A stretch of DNA of 64,000 nt, taken from positions 2,272,001-2,336,000 of the forward strand of contig CAXXTB010000002.1 in assembly GCA_963676795.2 (NCBI GenBank), in the 5' to 3' direction. The notes beneath the pieces were generated by a model. That model was not told the DNA's origin. It was given only the letters and a program-made list of their open reading frames with translations, and made no database searches. Position 1 is the stretch's first letter. Each line of letters begins with the position of its first letter. The DNA is from Geopsychrobacteraceae bacterium (GTDB taxonomy: Bacteria; Desulfobacterota; Desulfuromonadia; Desulfuromonadales; Geopsychrobacteraceae). The position numbers were made by a program, and so were the translations under genes. Of the stretch, positions 11,154 to 20,789 are shown piece after piece.

Positions 11154-11387
11154 TTATTCCATAATCTGCAAGGCAGCACGTTTGTTTTCACGTGTTGCCT
11201 TGGCATTCAACAAAGTCCGCATCGCTTTGGCGTTACGGCCCTGTTTACCTATTATCCGCCCCATATCTTCCTGAGCAGCAGCCAGCTTGACTAAAACACT
11301 GCCATCCTCTGATATTTCTTCAGAGATGACAACTTCCTCCGGCTTCTCGACCAGAGATTTAGCAATGTACTCGATCAGGTCTTTCAT
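11154..11387 (-). CDS. khpA: KH-domain RNA-binding protein
   Basis: DMGRIIGKQG KH motif; position after rpsP. Confidence 0.9.
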   Translation of the reverse strand: MKDLIEYIAKSLVEKPEEVVISEEISEDGSVLVKLAAAQEDMGRIIGKQGRNAKAMRTLLNAKATRENKRAALQIME

Positions 11388-11455
11388 AGGCCATCCTCCG
11401 GGTTATTGGGGGCGCGTAGCGAAGCCCCGGATTCGAGCCAATTCAAGGTTCGGGC

Positions 11456-11725
11456 TTAAGCAGTCGCCTTTGACTTGAACTTGGCCCAGACACCGGCATG
11501 AGACAGAAGCCGGCGTACTGTATCGGTCGGCTGTGCACCTTGTTTGAGCCACTCAAGGGCTCTTTCTTCTTTAAAATCAACCAGAAACTCTTCCTGGCGT
11601 GGGTTGTATTGTCCCAGAGCCTCAATGAAACGTCCATCACGCGGGCTGCGTTCGTCAGCCACTACAATACGATAGACCGGCTTCTTTTTTTGGCCACCGC
11701 GGGCGAGCCTGATTTTTACTGCCAT
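11456..11725 (-). CDS. rpsP: 30S ribosomal protein S16
   Basis: [28 protein letters not shown]. Confidence 0.98.
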   Translation of the reverse strand: MAVKIRLARGGQKKKPVYRIVVADERSPRDGRFIEALGQYNPRQEEFLVDFKEERALEWLKQGAQPTDTVRRLLSHAGVWAKFKSKATA

Positions 11726-11794
11726 GCTGTCTTTCCTCCTGGTGTTTCTCAGCTAATGTCTTATATCGAACAGGATCAGATCTCTATTCGCTGG

Positions 11795-13147
11795 TTAAAA
11801 GGGCAACTGACCGCCACGGCCCAGCATCCCCTTGAGACCCTTAGGTCCCATCTTCTGCATCTTTTTCATCATTTTCTGCGCTTCAATGAAACGCTTGAGC
11901 AACTGATTGACATCCTGAACCCGGGTCCCACTGCCGTTGGCGATACGCAACCGGCGCGAACCATTCAGAATGTTATGATCACGACGCTCCTGAGGGGTCA
12001 TTGAGCGAATGATCGCTTCGACCTTCTTCAGCTCTTTTTCCGGCATCTGCAGCCCACCGGCTTGCTTCAGGGCCTTACCCGCACCCGGGATCATCTTCAG
12101 CAGAGACTCCATGGAGCCCATCTTCTTGATCATCTGCATCTGCTCAAGAAAGGTATCAAGTGTGAAACCATCCTTGCGCAGCTTATCTTCCATCTTGGCG
12201 GCGTCTTCAACATCGACGGCAGCCTGAGCTTTCTCGATCAGACTAAGAACATCACCCATGCCGAGAATCCGCTGGGCCATCCGATCGGGATGGAACTGCT
12301 CCAGGGCGTCAAGTTTTTCGCCCATGCCGACCAGTTTGATCGGCTTGCCGGTCACCGAGCGGATCGACAGCGCCGCACCGCCACGGGCATCGCCATCGAG
12401 CTTGGTCAGAATCACACCGGTCAAAGGCAGCTGTTCATCGAAGCTTGCTGCTACGGTAACCGCATCCTGGCCGGTCATCGCATCCGCCACGAAGAGAATC
12501 TCCTGTGGCTGAACCTTTTCAACGATCCGTTTCAGCTCGCCCATCAATTCCGAATCGATGTGCAGGCGACCAGCGGTATCAAGAATAATTGTATCAAATC
12601 CGTTGAGTTCTGCGTACCCCTTTGCACGAGAACAGATATCAACTGGATCCTGCCCCGGCTGAGAGTCGAACACCTCTATGTTCAACTGCTTGCCAAGGGT
12701 CTTCAGCTGCTCGATCGCCGCAGGACGATAAATATCAGCAGGCACCAGCAGCGGATTACGTTTTTCCCTGCGCAGCTTCAGAGCCAGCTTCCCACAGGAC
12801 GTCGTCTTACCGGCCCCCTGCAGACCACACAGCATCACGGCAACGGGCGGCTTGACTGCAAGGTTCAGCGAGTTGTCCTCGCCATCTCCCATCAGCAGAG
12901 CCAACTCCTCACGGACAACCTTGATAACCTGCTGTGCCGGGGTCAGGCTCTTGAGGATATCCTGCCCGACAGCACGCTCACCGACCTTGGAGACAAAGGT
13001 CTTCACAACGCGGAAGTTGACATCCGCTTCAAGCAGAACCAGGCGGATTTCCCGCATCGTCTCCTTGATGTGCTGTTCGGTCAGCCGCCCATGCCCGCGC
13101 AGCTTCTTAAAAACCGCATCGAGCTTATCTGAAAGATTATCAAACAT
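11795..13147 (-). CDS. ffh: Signal recognition particle protein
   Basis: GLQGAGKTT, DTAGR, TKLDGDARGG, Met-rich M domain. Confidence 0.98.
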   Translation of the reverse strand: MFDNLSDKLDAVFKKLRGHGRLTEQHIKETMREIRLVLLEADVNFRVVKTFVSKVGERAVGQDILKSLTPAQQVIKVVREELALLMGDGEDNSLNLAVKPPVAVMLCGLQGAGKTTSCGKLALKLRREKRNPLLVPADIYRPAAIEQLKTLGKQLNIEVFDSQPGQDPVDICSRAKGYAELNGFDTIILDTAGRLHIDSELMGELKRIVEKVQPQEILFVADAMTGQDAVTVAASFDEQLPLTGVILTKLDGDARGGAALSIRSVTGKPIKLVGMGEKLDALEQFHPDRMAQRILGMGDVLSLIEKAQAAVDVEDAAKMEDKLRKDGFTLDTFLEQMQMIKKMGSMESLLKMIPGAGKALKQAGGLQMPEKELKKVEAIIRSMTPQERRDHNILNGSRRLRIANGSGTRVQDVNQLLKRFIEAQKMMKKMQKMGPKGLKGMLGRGGQLPF

Positions 13148-13231
13148 AACTCTCTAATATTCAAAATCACGAAAGACTGAATATATGAACCGTCCCCATA
13201 GAAGTCAAGACAAAAAGCCCGACCAGACAAC

Positions 13232-13492
13232 TCACTCCACAGCCAGAGAAGAATAGCCATCTGCCGCCTTCAGCCACAGATCGACGATCGCCAGACGCCG
13301 CGAAGCAAGAGCTTCCACCACCGCTGCCTGCATCGACCTGGGAAATCTGATCGCCATACCACACTCCGCCGACAGCTCCCGGGGGACCGGTATCAGCAGG
13401 ACATCCAGACCTGCTTCTTTCAGTATTTTCTCGGCCTTCAACACCCGATGGATCGAGTGAAAGACAGCAACACAATCACCAACATTTACCAT
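13232..13492 (-). CDS. DUF3343 family small protein
   Basis: FHSIHRVLKAEK and IPVPRELSAECGMAI motifs. Confidence 0.75.
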   Translation of the reverse strand: MVNVGDCVAVFHSIHRVLKAEKILKEAGLDVLLIPVPRELSAECGMAIRFPRSMQAAVVEALASRRLAIVDLWLKAADGYSSLAVE

Positions 13493-13655
13493 TGAACATT
13501 CTCACAATGACCAGCTTTTCAGGCCAATCCGGCCGCGCATAATGCCACGATTGACCCCAGCGTGCAAGCATTAATAGCATTTTTGATAAATTTGACAACA
13601 TCTTCAGCTACAGAGTAGATTAAACCAGAATTGAACCTCAGGAAAAGGGCTCCAC

Positions 13656-13910
13656 TTGTCTGCATATCGCATCTCAGCGCTATTATTTCTTCTGGCATTT
13701 GCCCTGTTCAGCAATATCCCTCTCGGCTATCTTCGCTCGGGAGCTCAAAAATTTTCTATCCGCTGGTATCTGTATATACATCTGTCAATCCCCTTTATCA
13801 TCCTGATGCGCTACAGTCTCGACTTTAAATGGCACTGGATTCCCCTGACCCTTGTGTGCGCGATCTGCGGACAGCTCATCGGCAGCAGAATGAGAAGAAG
13901 TCCACCATGA
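13656..13910 (+). CDS. Small conserved membrane protein
   Basis: Hydrophobic 84 aa, NIPLGYLR..KFSIRWYLYIHLSIPF; stop overlaps the next start (ATGA). Confidence 0.65.
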   Translation: MSAYRISALLFLLAFALFSNIPLGYLRSGAQKFSIRWYLYIHLSIPFIILMRYSLDFKWHWIPLTLVCAICGQLIGSRMRRSPP

Positions 13911-14419
13911 AACCCAGAAACGAACGTCCACGTATGAAACAGGCCCGGCGTGTCGGCTCACTCCTCCAGGAACTCTATACCCAGCCAGGCATCGGGGAAC
14001 AGCTAAACAGGCATCAGGCCTGGCTGATCTGGGACAAACTCGTTGGTGAGCAGATCGCAGCGCGGGCCAGACCATTGCGCCTGAGAAACGACATTCTCGA
14101 GGTTCAGGTTGACCATCCGGTCTGGATGCAGCAACTGCAGATGCTTAAACCGCAAATTCTGAAAAAGCTGAATGAGCAGCTGCCAAATATCGGCATCACG
14201 GACATCTATCTGCGTCAAACCAGCGGCACTCCAGCTCCGCGCCCTGCGCCAAAAATCAGTAATGAGCCACCGGGATGGACACGCATATGCCTCTCAGATG
14301 AAGAATTGAGGCATGTCGACAGCGAACTTGAATCGATCAAGGACGATAACCTGAGAAACCAGCTCAGAGCACTGAGAATCAAACAACTCAAGCTGGACAA
14401 GGATCGCAATCGCAGCTGA
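13907..14419 (+). CDS. DUF721/DciA family protein (replicative helicase operator-like)
   Basis: WDKLVGEQIAARARP..L.VQVDHPVWMQQL pattern; ATG at 13907. Confidence 0.8.
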   Translation: MKPRNERPRMKQARRVGSLLQELYTQPGIGEQLNRHQAWLIWDKLVGEQIAARARPLRLRNDILEVQVDHPVWMQQLQMLKPQILKKLNEQLPNIGITDIYLRQTSGTPAPRPAPKISNEPPGWTRICLSDEELRHVDSELESIKDDNLRNQLRALRIKQLKLDKDRNRS

Positions 14420-15145
14420 TCAACAGTATATGGCCAAAACTTCTTCACTGTAGTGACGTCCATCACCATGTGAATCATAAATAATCAGCGGCGCCTCGAC
14501 CAGCAGACCGGACCCTGCCGACTTGACCCCTTCGACCAGAACCAAACGCGCCGCTTCGTCGGCGTGAGGATGAACCATACGGATCCTTTTGGGCTGGAGC
14601 CGTTCCTGCTGCATCAGCGATAGCAGCTCCGCCAGCCGCTCAGCCAGATGAATAACAGCAAAAGCTCCGCCATTATTGAGCAGCCAGGAGGCGGCCCGCA
14701 CAAAGGCATCCAGTCCGCCGAAGAGCTCATGTCTGGCAGCGGCACGCTCATCCCCCGGAGCAACCCGCCCACAGTCCGGTTGTCGAAATGGCGGGTTACT
14801 GACAACCAGGTCAAATTGCCCGCAAGGCAAAAGGGTTCTGATCTCCCGGATATCGCCAGCAAGAATCCGGACTGTTGCTTCAAGAGCGTTGTGGCTTACA
14901 TTACGCATGGCACGCTCGGCCATGACCACCTGACGCTCGACCCCGATGACAGATGCGGGCGAACCGATTTTGGCCAGCAGCAATGACAATACACCACAGC
15001 CCGCCCCCAGGTCGACAACCCGCGCCCGGTTTTTAATTCGGACAAAACGTGCCAGCAGGACCGGGTCCAATGAAAACCTGTAACCATCCCTGGCCTGGTA
15101 AAATTCCAAGCCCCCGATCGGCAAACTGTCCAGAGTCTCAGCCAT
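14420..15145 (-). CDS. tRNA1(Val) A37 N6-methyltransferase family
   Basis: GYRFSLDPVLLA, DLGAGCG SAM motif, VSNPPF, ARHE; ATG at 15145. Confidence 0.85.
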   Translation of the reverse strand: MAETLDSLPIGGLEFYQARDGYRFSLDPVLLARFVRIKNRARVVDLGAGCGVLSLLLAKIGSPASVIGVERQVVMAERAMRNVSHNALEATVRILAGDIREIRTLLPCGQFDLVVSNPPFRQPDCGRVAPGDERAAARHELFGGLDAFVRAASWLLNNGGAFAVIHLAERLAELLSLMQQERLQPKRIRMVHPHADEAARLVLVEGVKSAGSGLLVEAPLIIYDSHGDGRHYSEEVLAIYC

Positions 15146-15165
15146 CAAAATTCCCCTGAAAAACG

Positions 15166-15193
15166 AAATGCCAGCCTTATCCAGGCTGGCATT
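15166..15193 (-). terminator. Terminator-like hairpin after the cytochrome gene
   Basis: AATGCCAGCCT/AGGCTGGCATT stem followed by T-rich sequence on the minus strand. Confidence 0.6.
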
Positions 15194-15218
15194 CCTTGAA
15201 CCCAAAGCTGGTGCCAGT

Positions 15219-15539
15219 CTATTTGACGTGACACCCTTTACATTTCTTGCCATCGACTTCGGCAGCCTTTTGCTTGTGACACTCTTTACAGTTCTTGTGA
15301 AAAGCATCTTTAGCTTTTGGTGCCTTTGTGCCGTCATGACAACTTTTGCAAGGCTCATAACTTCCCGTGTGGTGACAGGCCACACAGTCCGCACGCTCCT
15401 GATGTGCAGCGTGCTCAAAGGTCACGGTACCAAGCTTGGTTTCATACTTGATCTGAGCAGCGCCCCTATCTTCGGCAACAGCAACGACAGCCGTCCCGAC
15501 GAACAGTGCAACAACAAACAGAACCAGAATCTTCTTCAT
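15219..15539 (-). CDS. Periplasmic tetraheme cytochrome c3 family protein
   Basis: Signal peptide; four CxxCH (CVACH, CKSCH, CKECH, CKGCH); FEHAAH and AFH distal His; Lys-rich. Confidence 0.9.
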   Translation of the reverse strand: MKKILVLFVVALFVGTAVVAVAEDRGAAQIKYETKLGTVTFEHAAHQERADCVACHHTGSYEPCKSCHDGTKAPKAKDAFHKNCKECHKQKAAEVDGKKCKGCHVK

Positions 15540-15656
15540 TCTCAACTCCTCCCGTAGTTAGGCCCCCAATGCCTGTACAATAAATATAGCAGGTTTGGAA
15601 AGGAGTCAATGCGTTCACATGGATAAAGCTATAGACATCGCCCCGACATCAGGCGT

Positions 15657-16181
15657 TCAGACCAGTCCGTCTTCGACAAGCTTCTGCTGAACCTTATCCG
15701 ATTTCTTGATAACCCCTTCAGCCATCTCCCTTTTGAACTGTTTGAGCTTCTCAATCAGCCCGGCGTCCTGAGCTGAAAGAATCTGGGCCGCATAGATTCC
15801 AGCATTGCGTGCGCCGGCAGCTCCGATTGCCATGGTCGCGACAGGGATGCCGGCAGGCATCTGAACCATCGCCAGCAACGCATCAAGCCCCTTCAGAGAG
15901 GTGGCATCAATCGGCACGGCAATAACCGGCAAGCAGGTTTCCGCAGCAACCACTCCGGCCAGATGGGCAGCAGCACCGGCACCGGCGATCAGAACCTTCA
16001 GGCCGCGACCCTGGGCACTGCTGACATATTCGGCGGTCCGCTCCGGGGTCCGGTGAGCACTGGAGACAATCATTTCAAATGGAATGGAAAACTGCTTGAG
16101 GACCTTGGCAGCTTCGACCATGATTTCGTAGTCATTGTCACTACCCATCAAAATTCCGACCAAAGGGGCCTTTTCACTCAT
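15657..16181 (-). CDS. purE: N5-CAIR mutase
   Basis: MGSDND, SAHRTP, GAGAAAHLAG, VQMPAGIPVAT. Confidence 0.96.
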   Translation of the reverse strand: MSEKAPLVGILMGSDNDYEIMVEAAKVLKQFSIPFEMIVSSAHRTPERTAEYVSSAQGRGLKVLIAGAGAAAHLAGVVAAETCLPVIAVPIDATSLKGLDALLAMVQMPAGIPVATMAIGAAGARNAGIYAAQILSAQDAGLIEKLKQFKREMAEGVIKKSDKVQQKLVEDGLV

Positions 16182-16213
16182 CTTTTCTATCTCCGTCGCA
16201 ATATATGGTTAAG

Positions 16214-17485
16214 TTAACGATTCAAAGCCTTGGCACCGATATCACGGCGATAATGAACCCGGTACCAGTCTATCTGTTTCACTCCCGAATAAGCCTTATC
16301 GATGGCCTCCCTGACGGTTGCCCCCAGCCCGGTTACACCAAGAACCCGGCCACCGTTATTGACGATCTCACCATCCCTGGCTGCGGTACCGGCATGGAAG
16401 ACCATCAGGTCTTCGATCCTGGCCGCATCCTCAAGTCCGGAAATCGGGTAGCCTTTTTCAAAACTGGCGGGGTATCCGCCACTGGCCATAACGATACAGA
16501 CGGCCGCTTTGTCGTACCATTCGAGGCGCTCCAGATCAAGCTCACCGCGGGCACAGGCCTGCAGGACAGGAACCACATCCGACTTCATACGCATCAGCAG
16601 CGGCTGACATTCCGGATCACCAAAACGGGCATTATATTCAACGACACGCGGCTTGCCGTCCTTGATCATCAGACCGACGTAAAGGATACCACTGTACGGA
16701 CAGCCATCGTTAGCCATCCCGGCGATAGTCGGCTTGACGATCGTTTCGACGATCTCGTCATAGAGAGCATCGGTCACCACCGGAGCCGGGGAATAGGCAC
16801 CCATTCCTCCGGTATTTGGCCCACTGTCACCGTCAAACACCCGCTTATGGTCCTGCGCCGAAGCCAGCGGCAGGATTTTCTTGCCATCGGTGAAGACAAA
16901 AAAGGAGGCCTCTTCCCCTTCCATGAATTCTTCGATGACGACGCTGGCGCCGGCACTGCCGAACACCTGATCGAGCATAATATCGTCGATCGCTTCGATC
17001 GCCTGCTCCTCAGTCATGGCGACGACAACCCCCTTACCGGCGGCAAGACCATCGGCCTTGACGACGATCGGGGCGCCCTGCTCCTTAATATAGGCGACAG
17101 CCGCTGCATGATCCTCAAAGCGCTGATAGGCTGCAGTCGGAATGTTGTAACGGGCCATCAGGTCCTTGGAGAATCCCTTGCTCCCCTCCAGCTGGGCAGC
17201 GGCCTTACTTGGTCCGAAAACCAGCAACCCTTCGGCCTGAAACCGATCGACAATCCCCAGAGTCAACGGAACTTCCGGTCCGACCACAGTCAGATCGATC
17301 CCCTGCTCTTTGGCAAAATCGCACAGCCCGCTGATATCATCAGCCGCAACGTTGACACATTCAGCCAGAGCGGCGATTCCAGGATTTCCCGGCGCGCAGT
17401 AGATCTTTTCCACCAGCGGCGACTGGGCAATCTTCCAGACCAGCGCATGCTCGCGCCCACCACCACCAACAACCAATATCTTCAT
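16214..17485 (-). CDS. purD: Phosphoribosylamine--glycine ligase
   Basis: MKILVVGGGGREHAL, KADGLAAGKGV, GPNTGGMGAYSP, RFGDPE. Confidence 0.96.
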   Translation of the reverse strand: MKILVVGGGGREHALVWKIAQSPLVEKIYCAPGNPGIAALAECVNVAADDISGLCDFAKEQGIDLTVVGPEVPLTLGIVDRFQAEGLLVFGPSKAAAQLEGSKGFSKDLMARYNIPTAAYQRFEDHAAAVAYIKEQGAPIVVKADGLAAGKGVVVAMTEEQAIEAIDDIMLDQVFGSAGASVVIEEFMEGEEASFFVFTDGKKILPLASAQDHKRVFDGDSGPNTGGMGAYSPAPVVTDALYDEIVETIVKPTIAGMANDGCPYSGILYVGLMIKDGKPRVVEYNARFGDPECQPLLMRMKSDVVPVLQACARGELDLERLEWYDKAAVCIVMASGGYPASFEKGYPISGLEDAARIEDLMVFHAGTAARDGEIVNNGGRVLGVTGLGATVREAIDKAYSGVKQIDWYRVHYRRDIGAKALNR

Positions 17486-17548
17486 CGACTTACTCCAATG
17501 AGCTGTAAACTTGTTCGCTGTCTTCCACAAAAATTGCAACACCTCACA

Positions 17549-17670
17549 AGAAGCGAGCAATTTCGCACGCAATCAAGGCGCCTGCCGGAGACACGCGGAG
17601 GCGTACCGAAAGGTACGCCGCACAAGTGGTTCCAAAGGCAACGCAGAGTGCGTGTGAAAGGGCCGCTTTC
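17549..17670. repeat. REP/MITE-like nested palindromic element
   Basis: Central GGCGTACC-GAAA-GGTACGCC hairpin inside TTTCGCACGCA...TGCGTGTGAAA arms, in the purH-purD spacer. Confidence 0.6.
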
Positions 17671-17675
17671 TACAC

Positions 17676-19235
17676 TTAATGGCGGAAGTGGCGCATTCCG
17701 GTGAACACCATCGCAATCCCGGCTTCATCCGCTGCCTGAATAACCTCTTCATCACGGATCGAGCCACCCGGCTGAATAACCGCGGTGATTCCGGCCGCGG
17801 CGGCATTGTCGATACCGTCACGGAACGGGAAGAAGGCGTCGGAAGCCATCGCCGCCCCTTTAACCTCCAGGCCGGCATGCTCGGCCTTGATCGCAGCGAT
17901 ACGGGCGGAGTTGACGCGGCTCATCTGACCGGCTCCGACACCGATGGTCATGCCATTCTTGCCGTAGACGATGGCATTTGACTTGACGAACTTGGCAACC
18001 CGCCAGACAAATTCAAGATCTTCGCGTTCCTGTTCGGTCGGTTCGCGCTTGGAGACAACCGTCCAGTCGGCACTCAACTGGGCATCGACATCCTGGACCA
18101 GCAGGCCGCCATTGACACGTTTGTAATCGTAGCGGTGTGCCGCTTTTCCGGTCCATTCGCCACACTCAAGCAGACGGACGTTCTTCTTGGCGGCGACCAC
18201 CTCAACCGCCCCGGCAGCAACCCGTGGCGCGATGATAACCTCGACAAACTGCTTGTCGACAATCGTCTGCGCCGTTTCGGCATCGAGCTCGCGGTTGAAT
18301 GCGATAATGCCGCCAAAAGCCGACTCCGGATCGGTCGCAAAGGCACGCTGATAGGCATCGAGCAGATTCCTGCCAACAGCCACGCCACAGGGGTTGGCAT
18401 GCTTGACAATAACGCAGGCCGGCCCTTCAGTGAACTGCTTGACACACTCCAGAGCGGCATCAGTATCAGCAATATTATTGTAGGACAGCTCTTTCCCCTG
18501 CAGCTGACGGGTGGTTGAGATCGATGCCTCGGTCAGATTCTTTTCGACATAGAATGCAGCCTGCTGATGAGGGTTCTCACCGTAACGCATCCCCTGCGCT
18601 TTCTGAAACTGCATGGTCAGCGCCGGAGGAAACTCGTCTTCTTCGGTGCGGGCGCCAAGCCAGTTGGAGATAGCACCGTCGTAGGCAGCTGTGTGCTGAT
18701 AAACCTTGACGGCGAGACGGAAGTTGGTCTCTTCCGAGATGTCGCCGCTGTTGTGCTTCATCTCGTTGATAACCGGCTCGTAGTCCTCCGGGTCGACCAG
18801 AACAGTGACAAACCGATTGTTCTTGGCGGCGCTGCGCAGCATGGTCGGCCCTCCGATATCGATATTCTCGATAGCATCTTCGAGGCAGCAACCATCCTTA
18901 GCCACGGTCGCCTCGAAGGGATAGAGATTAACGACAACCATGTCGATCGCCTCGATACCATACTTTTCCATGGCATTGACGTGCTCCGGATTGTCACGCA
19001 AGCCGAGCAGAGCCCCGTGAACCTTAGGATGCAGGGTCTTGACCCGGCCGTCCATCATTTCCGGAAAACCGGTATACTCGGAGACATCCATGACAGGGAT
19101 TCCGGCATCACGGATCATGCTTGCGGTACCGCCGGTCGACAGCAACTCGACGCCAAAGCTGTTGAGCTCACGGGCCAGATCGACAATACCGGTTTTGTCA
19201 GACACTGAAATCAGTGCACGCTTGATGACAGCCAT
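17676..19235 (-). CDS. purH: Bifunctional AICAR transformylase/IMP cyclohydrolase
   Basis: [39 protein letters not shown]. Confidence 0.98.
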   Translation of the reverse strand: MAVIKRALISVSDKTGIVDLARELNSFGVELLSTGGTASMIRDAGIPVMDVSEYTGFPEMMDGRVKTLHPKVHGALLGLRDNPEHVNAMEKYGIEAIDMVVVNLYPFEATVAKDGCCLEDAIENIDIGGPTMLRSAAKNNRFVTVLVDPEDYEPVINEMKHNSGDISEETNFRLAVKVYQHTAAYDGAISNWLGARTEEDEFPPALTMQFQKAQGMRYGENPHQQAAFYVEKNLTEASISTTRQLQGKELSYNNIADTDAALECVKQFTEGPACVIVKHANPCGVAVGRNLLDAYQRAFATDPESAFGGIIAFNRELDAETAQTIVDKQFVEVIIAPRVAAGAVEVVAAKKNVRLLECGEWTGKAAHRYDYKRVNGGLLVQDVDAQLSADWTVVSKREPTEQEREDLEFVWRVAKFVKSNAIVYGKNGMTIGVGAGQMSRVNSARIAAIKAEHAGLEVKGAAMASDAFFPFRDGIDNAAAAGITAVIQPGGSIRDEEVIQAADEAGIAMVFTGMRHFRH

Positions 19236-19437
19236 TTTTTGTCCTTTCAGAAGGGAAAATCATTTACATGTTACGATATTCGATAATCGCGCCGGCAGGC
19301 AAAGGCGCGATCCATATATAGAATTCAGGTGAAGAACTAAATTTTACTCAATTCGGGGCACAAACAAAAGACCACCCCCGAAAAAAGAAGTGAGGTTTAT
19401 CATGTTTCCCGATCCCAGACAAGCTTTCGAAGCCATT

Positions 19438-20562
19438 TTATCGATAGTGGCGCGGAACCCTGGCACCGATGCGGCAGAAAACCTCGTATGAGATCGTCCC
19501 CAGAGCGTCAGCCCAGTCATCGCCAGCAATCGTCAACCCATCACTGCTGCCGAGTAGGGTGAGACAATCACCAACCTGCACCTCGGGCAGATCGGTCACG
19601 TCAAACATGATCCAGTCCATACAGACGCGGCCGATCTGGGCGACCTTCCGACCATGCAAAATTCCCTGGCCACGATTGCTCAGCAGGCGATTGTATCCAT
19701 CGGCGTAGCCGATCGGCAGCACCGCGACCTTCGTTCTGCGCCGGGTCACAAAACTGTGGCCATAGGAAACCCCCTTCCCCACAGGCAGATCGCGCAACTG
19801 TGCAATGCAACTACGCAGATTCATCACCGGTTTCAGGTCGAGCTTTTCATCGAAGCCGGGGCCGGGCAGCCCACCGTAGAGCATGATTCCGGGCCTGGAC
19901 AGGGTACATTCCGGGCAGTTCCAGGCACTCAGACCGGCACTGTTGCTCTGGTGAATATCACGCAATTCAAAACCGGCCAGGCGCAGCATGCCGAGCATCT
20001 CAAAGAAGGCCTGCTGCTGAACGGTGGTGACCTGCGAATCAAGCTCATCGGCGCAGGCAAAGTGAGTCATCAGCCCTTCAACCTGCAGACCATTCATTTT
20101 TTTCAGCTCGGCGATCTGATCAGCCAGCTCATCCGCCTGAAAGCCAACCCGCCCCATACCGCTGTCAACCTTCAAATGGACGCGCTGACAGTAACCATGC
20201 CGAACTGAAAATTCATTCAGGCGCCGGGCGGTTTCGATGTCGAGCAGAGCCGGGATCAGGCGAAAATCGTGAAACGCCTGTTCCTGTCCGGGAAAGCAGC
20301 CGCCCAGAACCAGGATAGAGCTGAGGATACCAGCCTGCCTTAGCTCAACGGCCTCTTCCAGGGTTGCAACAGCAAAATCCCGAATTCCGTAATTTTCAAC
20401 AGCGCGGCTGACCGGAACCGCCCCGTGCCCGTAAGCGTCGGCCTTGACCACAGCAAGCAGCCGTTGCCCCTCCCTACGGCAGGCTTCAGCCTGTCTGAGA
20501 TTATGCATCAAAGCTTCAAGATCGATATCAACCCAGGTCGGTCTCCGCGTAAAATCTTTCAT
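19438..20562 (-). CDS. alr: Alanine racemase
   Basis: AVVKADAYGHG PLP lysine, HLKVDSGMGRVG, IGYADG, GRVCMD. Confidence 0.96.
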   Translation of the reverse strand: MKDFTRRPTWVDIDLEALMHNLRQAEACRREGQRLLAVVKADAYGHGAVPVSRAVENYGIRDFAVATLEEAVELRQAGILSSILVLGGCFPGQEQAFHDFRLIPALLDIETARRLNEFSVRHGYCQRVHLKVDSGMGRVGFQADELADQIAELKKMNGLQVEGLMTHFACADELDSQVTTVQQQAFFEMLGMLRLAGFELRDIHQSNSAGLSAWNCPECTLSRPGIMLYGGLPGPGFDEKLDLKPVMNLRSCIAQLRDLPVGKGVSYGHSFVTRRRTKVAVLPIGYADGYNRLLSNRGQGILHGRKVAQIGRVCMDWIMFDVTDLPEVQVGDCLTLLGSSDGLTIAGDDWADALGTISYEVFCRIGARVPRHYR

Positions 20563-20657
20563 GGTCACAGGTCCTCAAGAACAGAAAACAGAATGGTAAA
20601 AACAGCCTAATATGACTCTTTACACGGACTCTGTAAACAGCTCACAACAAAGATTAA

Positions 20658-20686
20658 TTGACACCAAGAAAATAGCTTGTTAATCT
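20658..20686 (+). promoter_or_regulatory. sigma70-like promoter of thiE/thiD
   Basis: TTGACA-17 nt-TAATCT about 100 nt upstream of the ATG. Confidence 0.55.
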
Positions 20687-20789
20687 TTTCAACTGTACAA
20701 TCACACAGGACGCCATCTTACTGATTTTATTTATATATATCAATTTTAGAACAATGCACACCCGACCCCCTAAAGGAGGCACTTAAGCG

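Noticed and set aside
8706..17572. N-terminal extensions in the ORF track for yraN (to 8870), the tRNA methyltransferase (to 15418), the DUF721 gene (from 13829) and purD (to 17572)
   Set aside because: They overlap real upstream genes or a repeat; family-typical starts lie downstream.
19236..19437. Possible ZTP riboswitch upstream of purH
   Set aside because: Only a simple ATCGCGCC/GGCGCGAT hairpin; the conserved ZTP aptamer segments were not found by eye.
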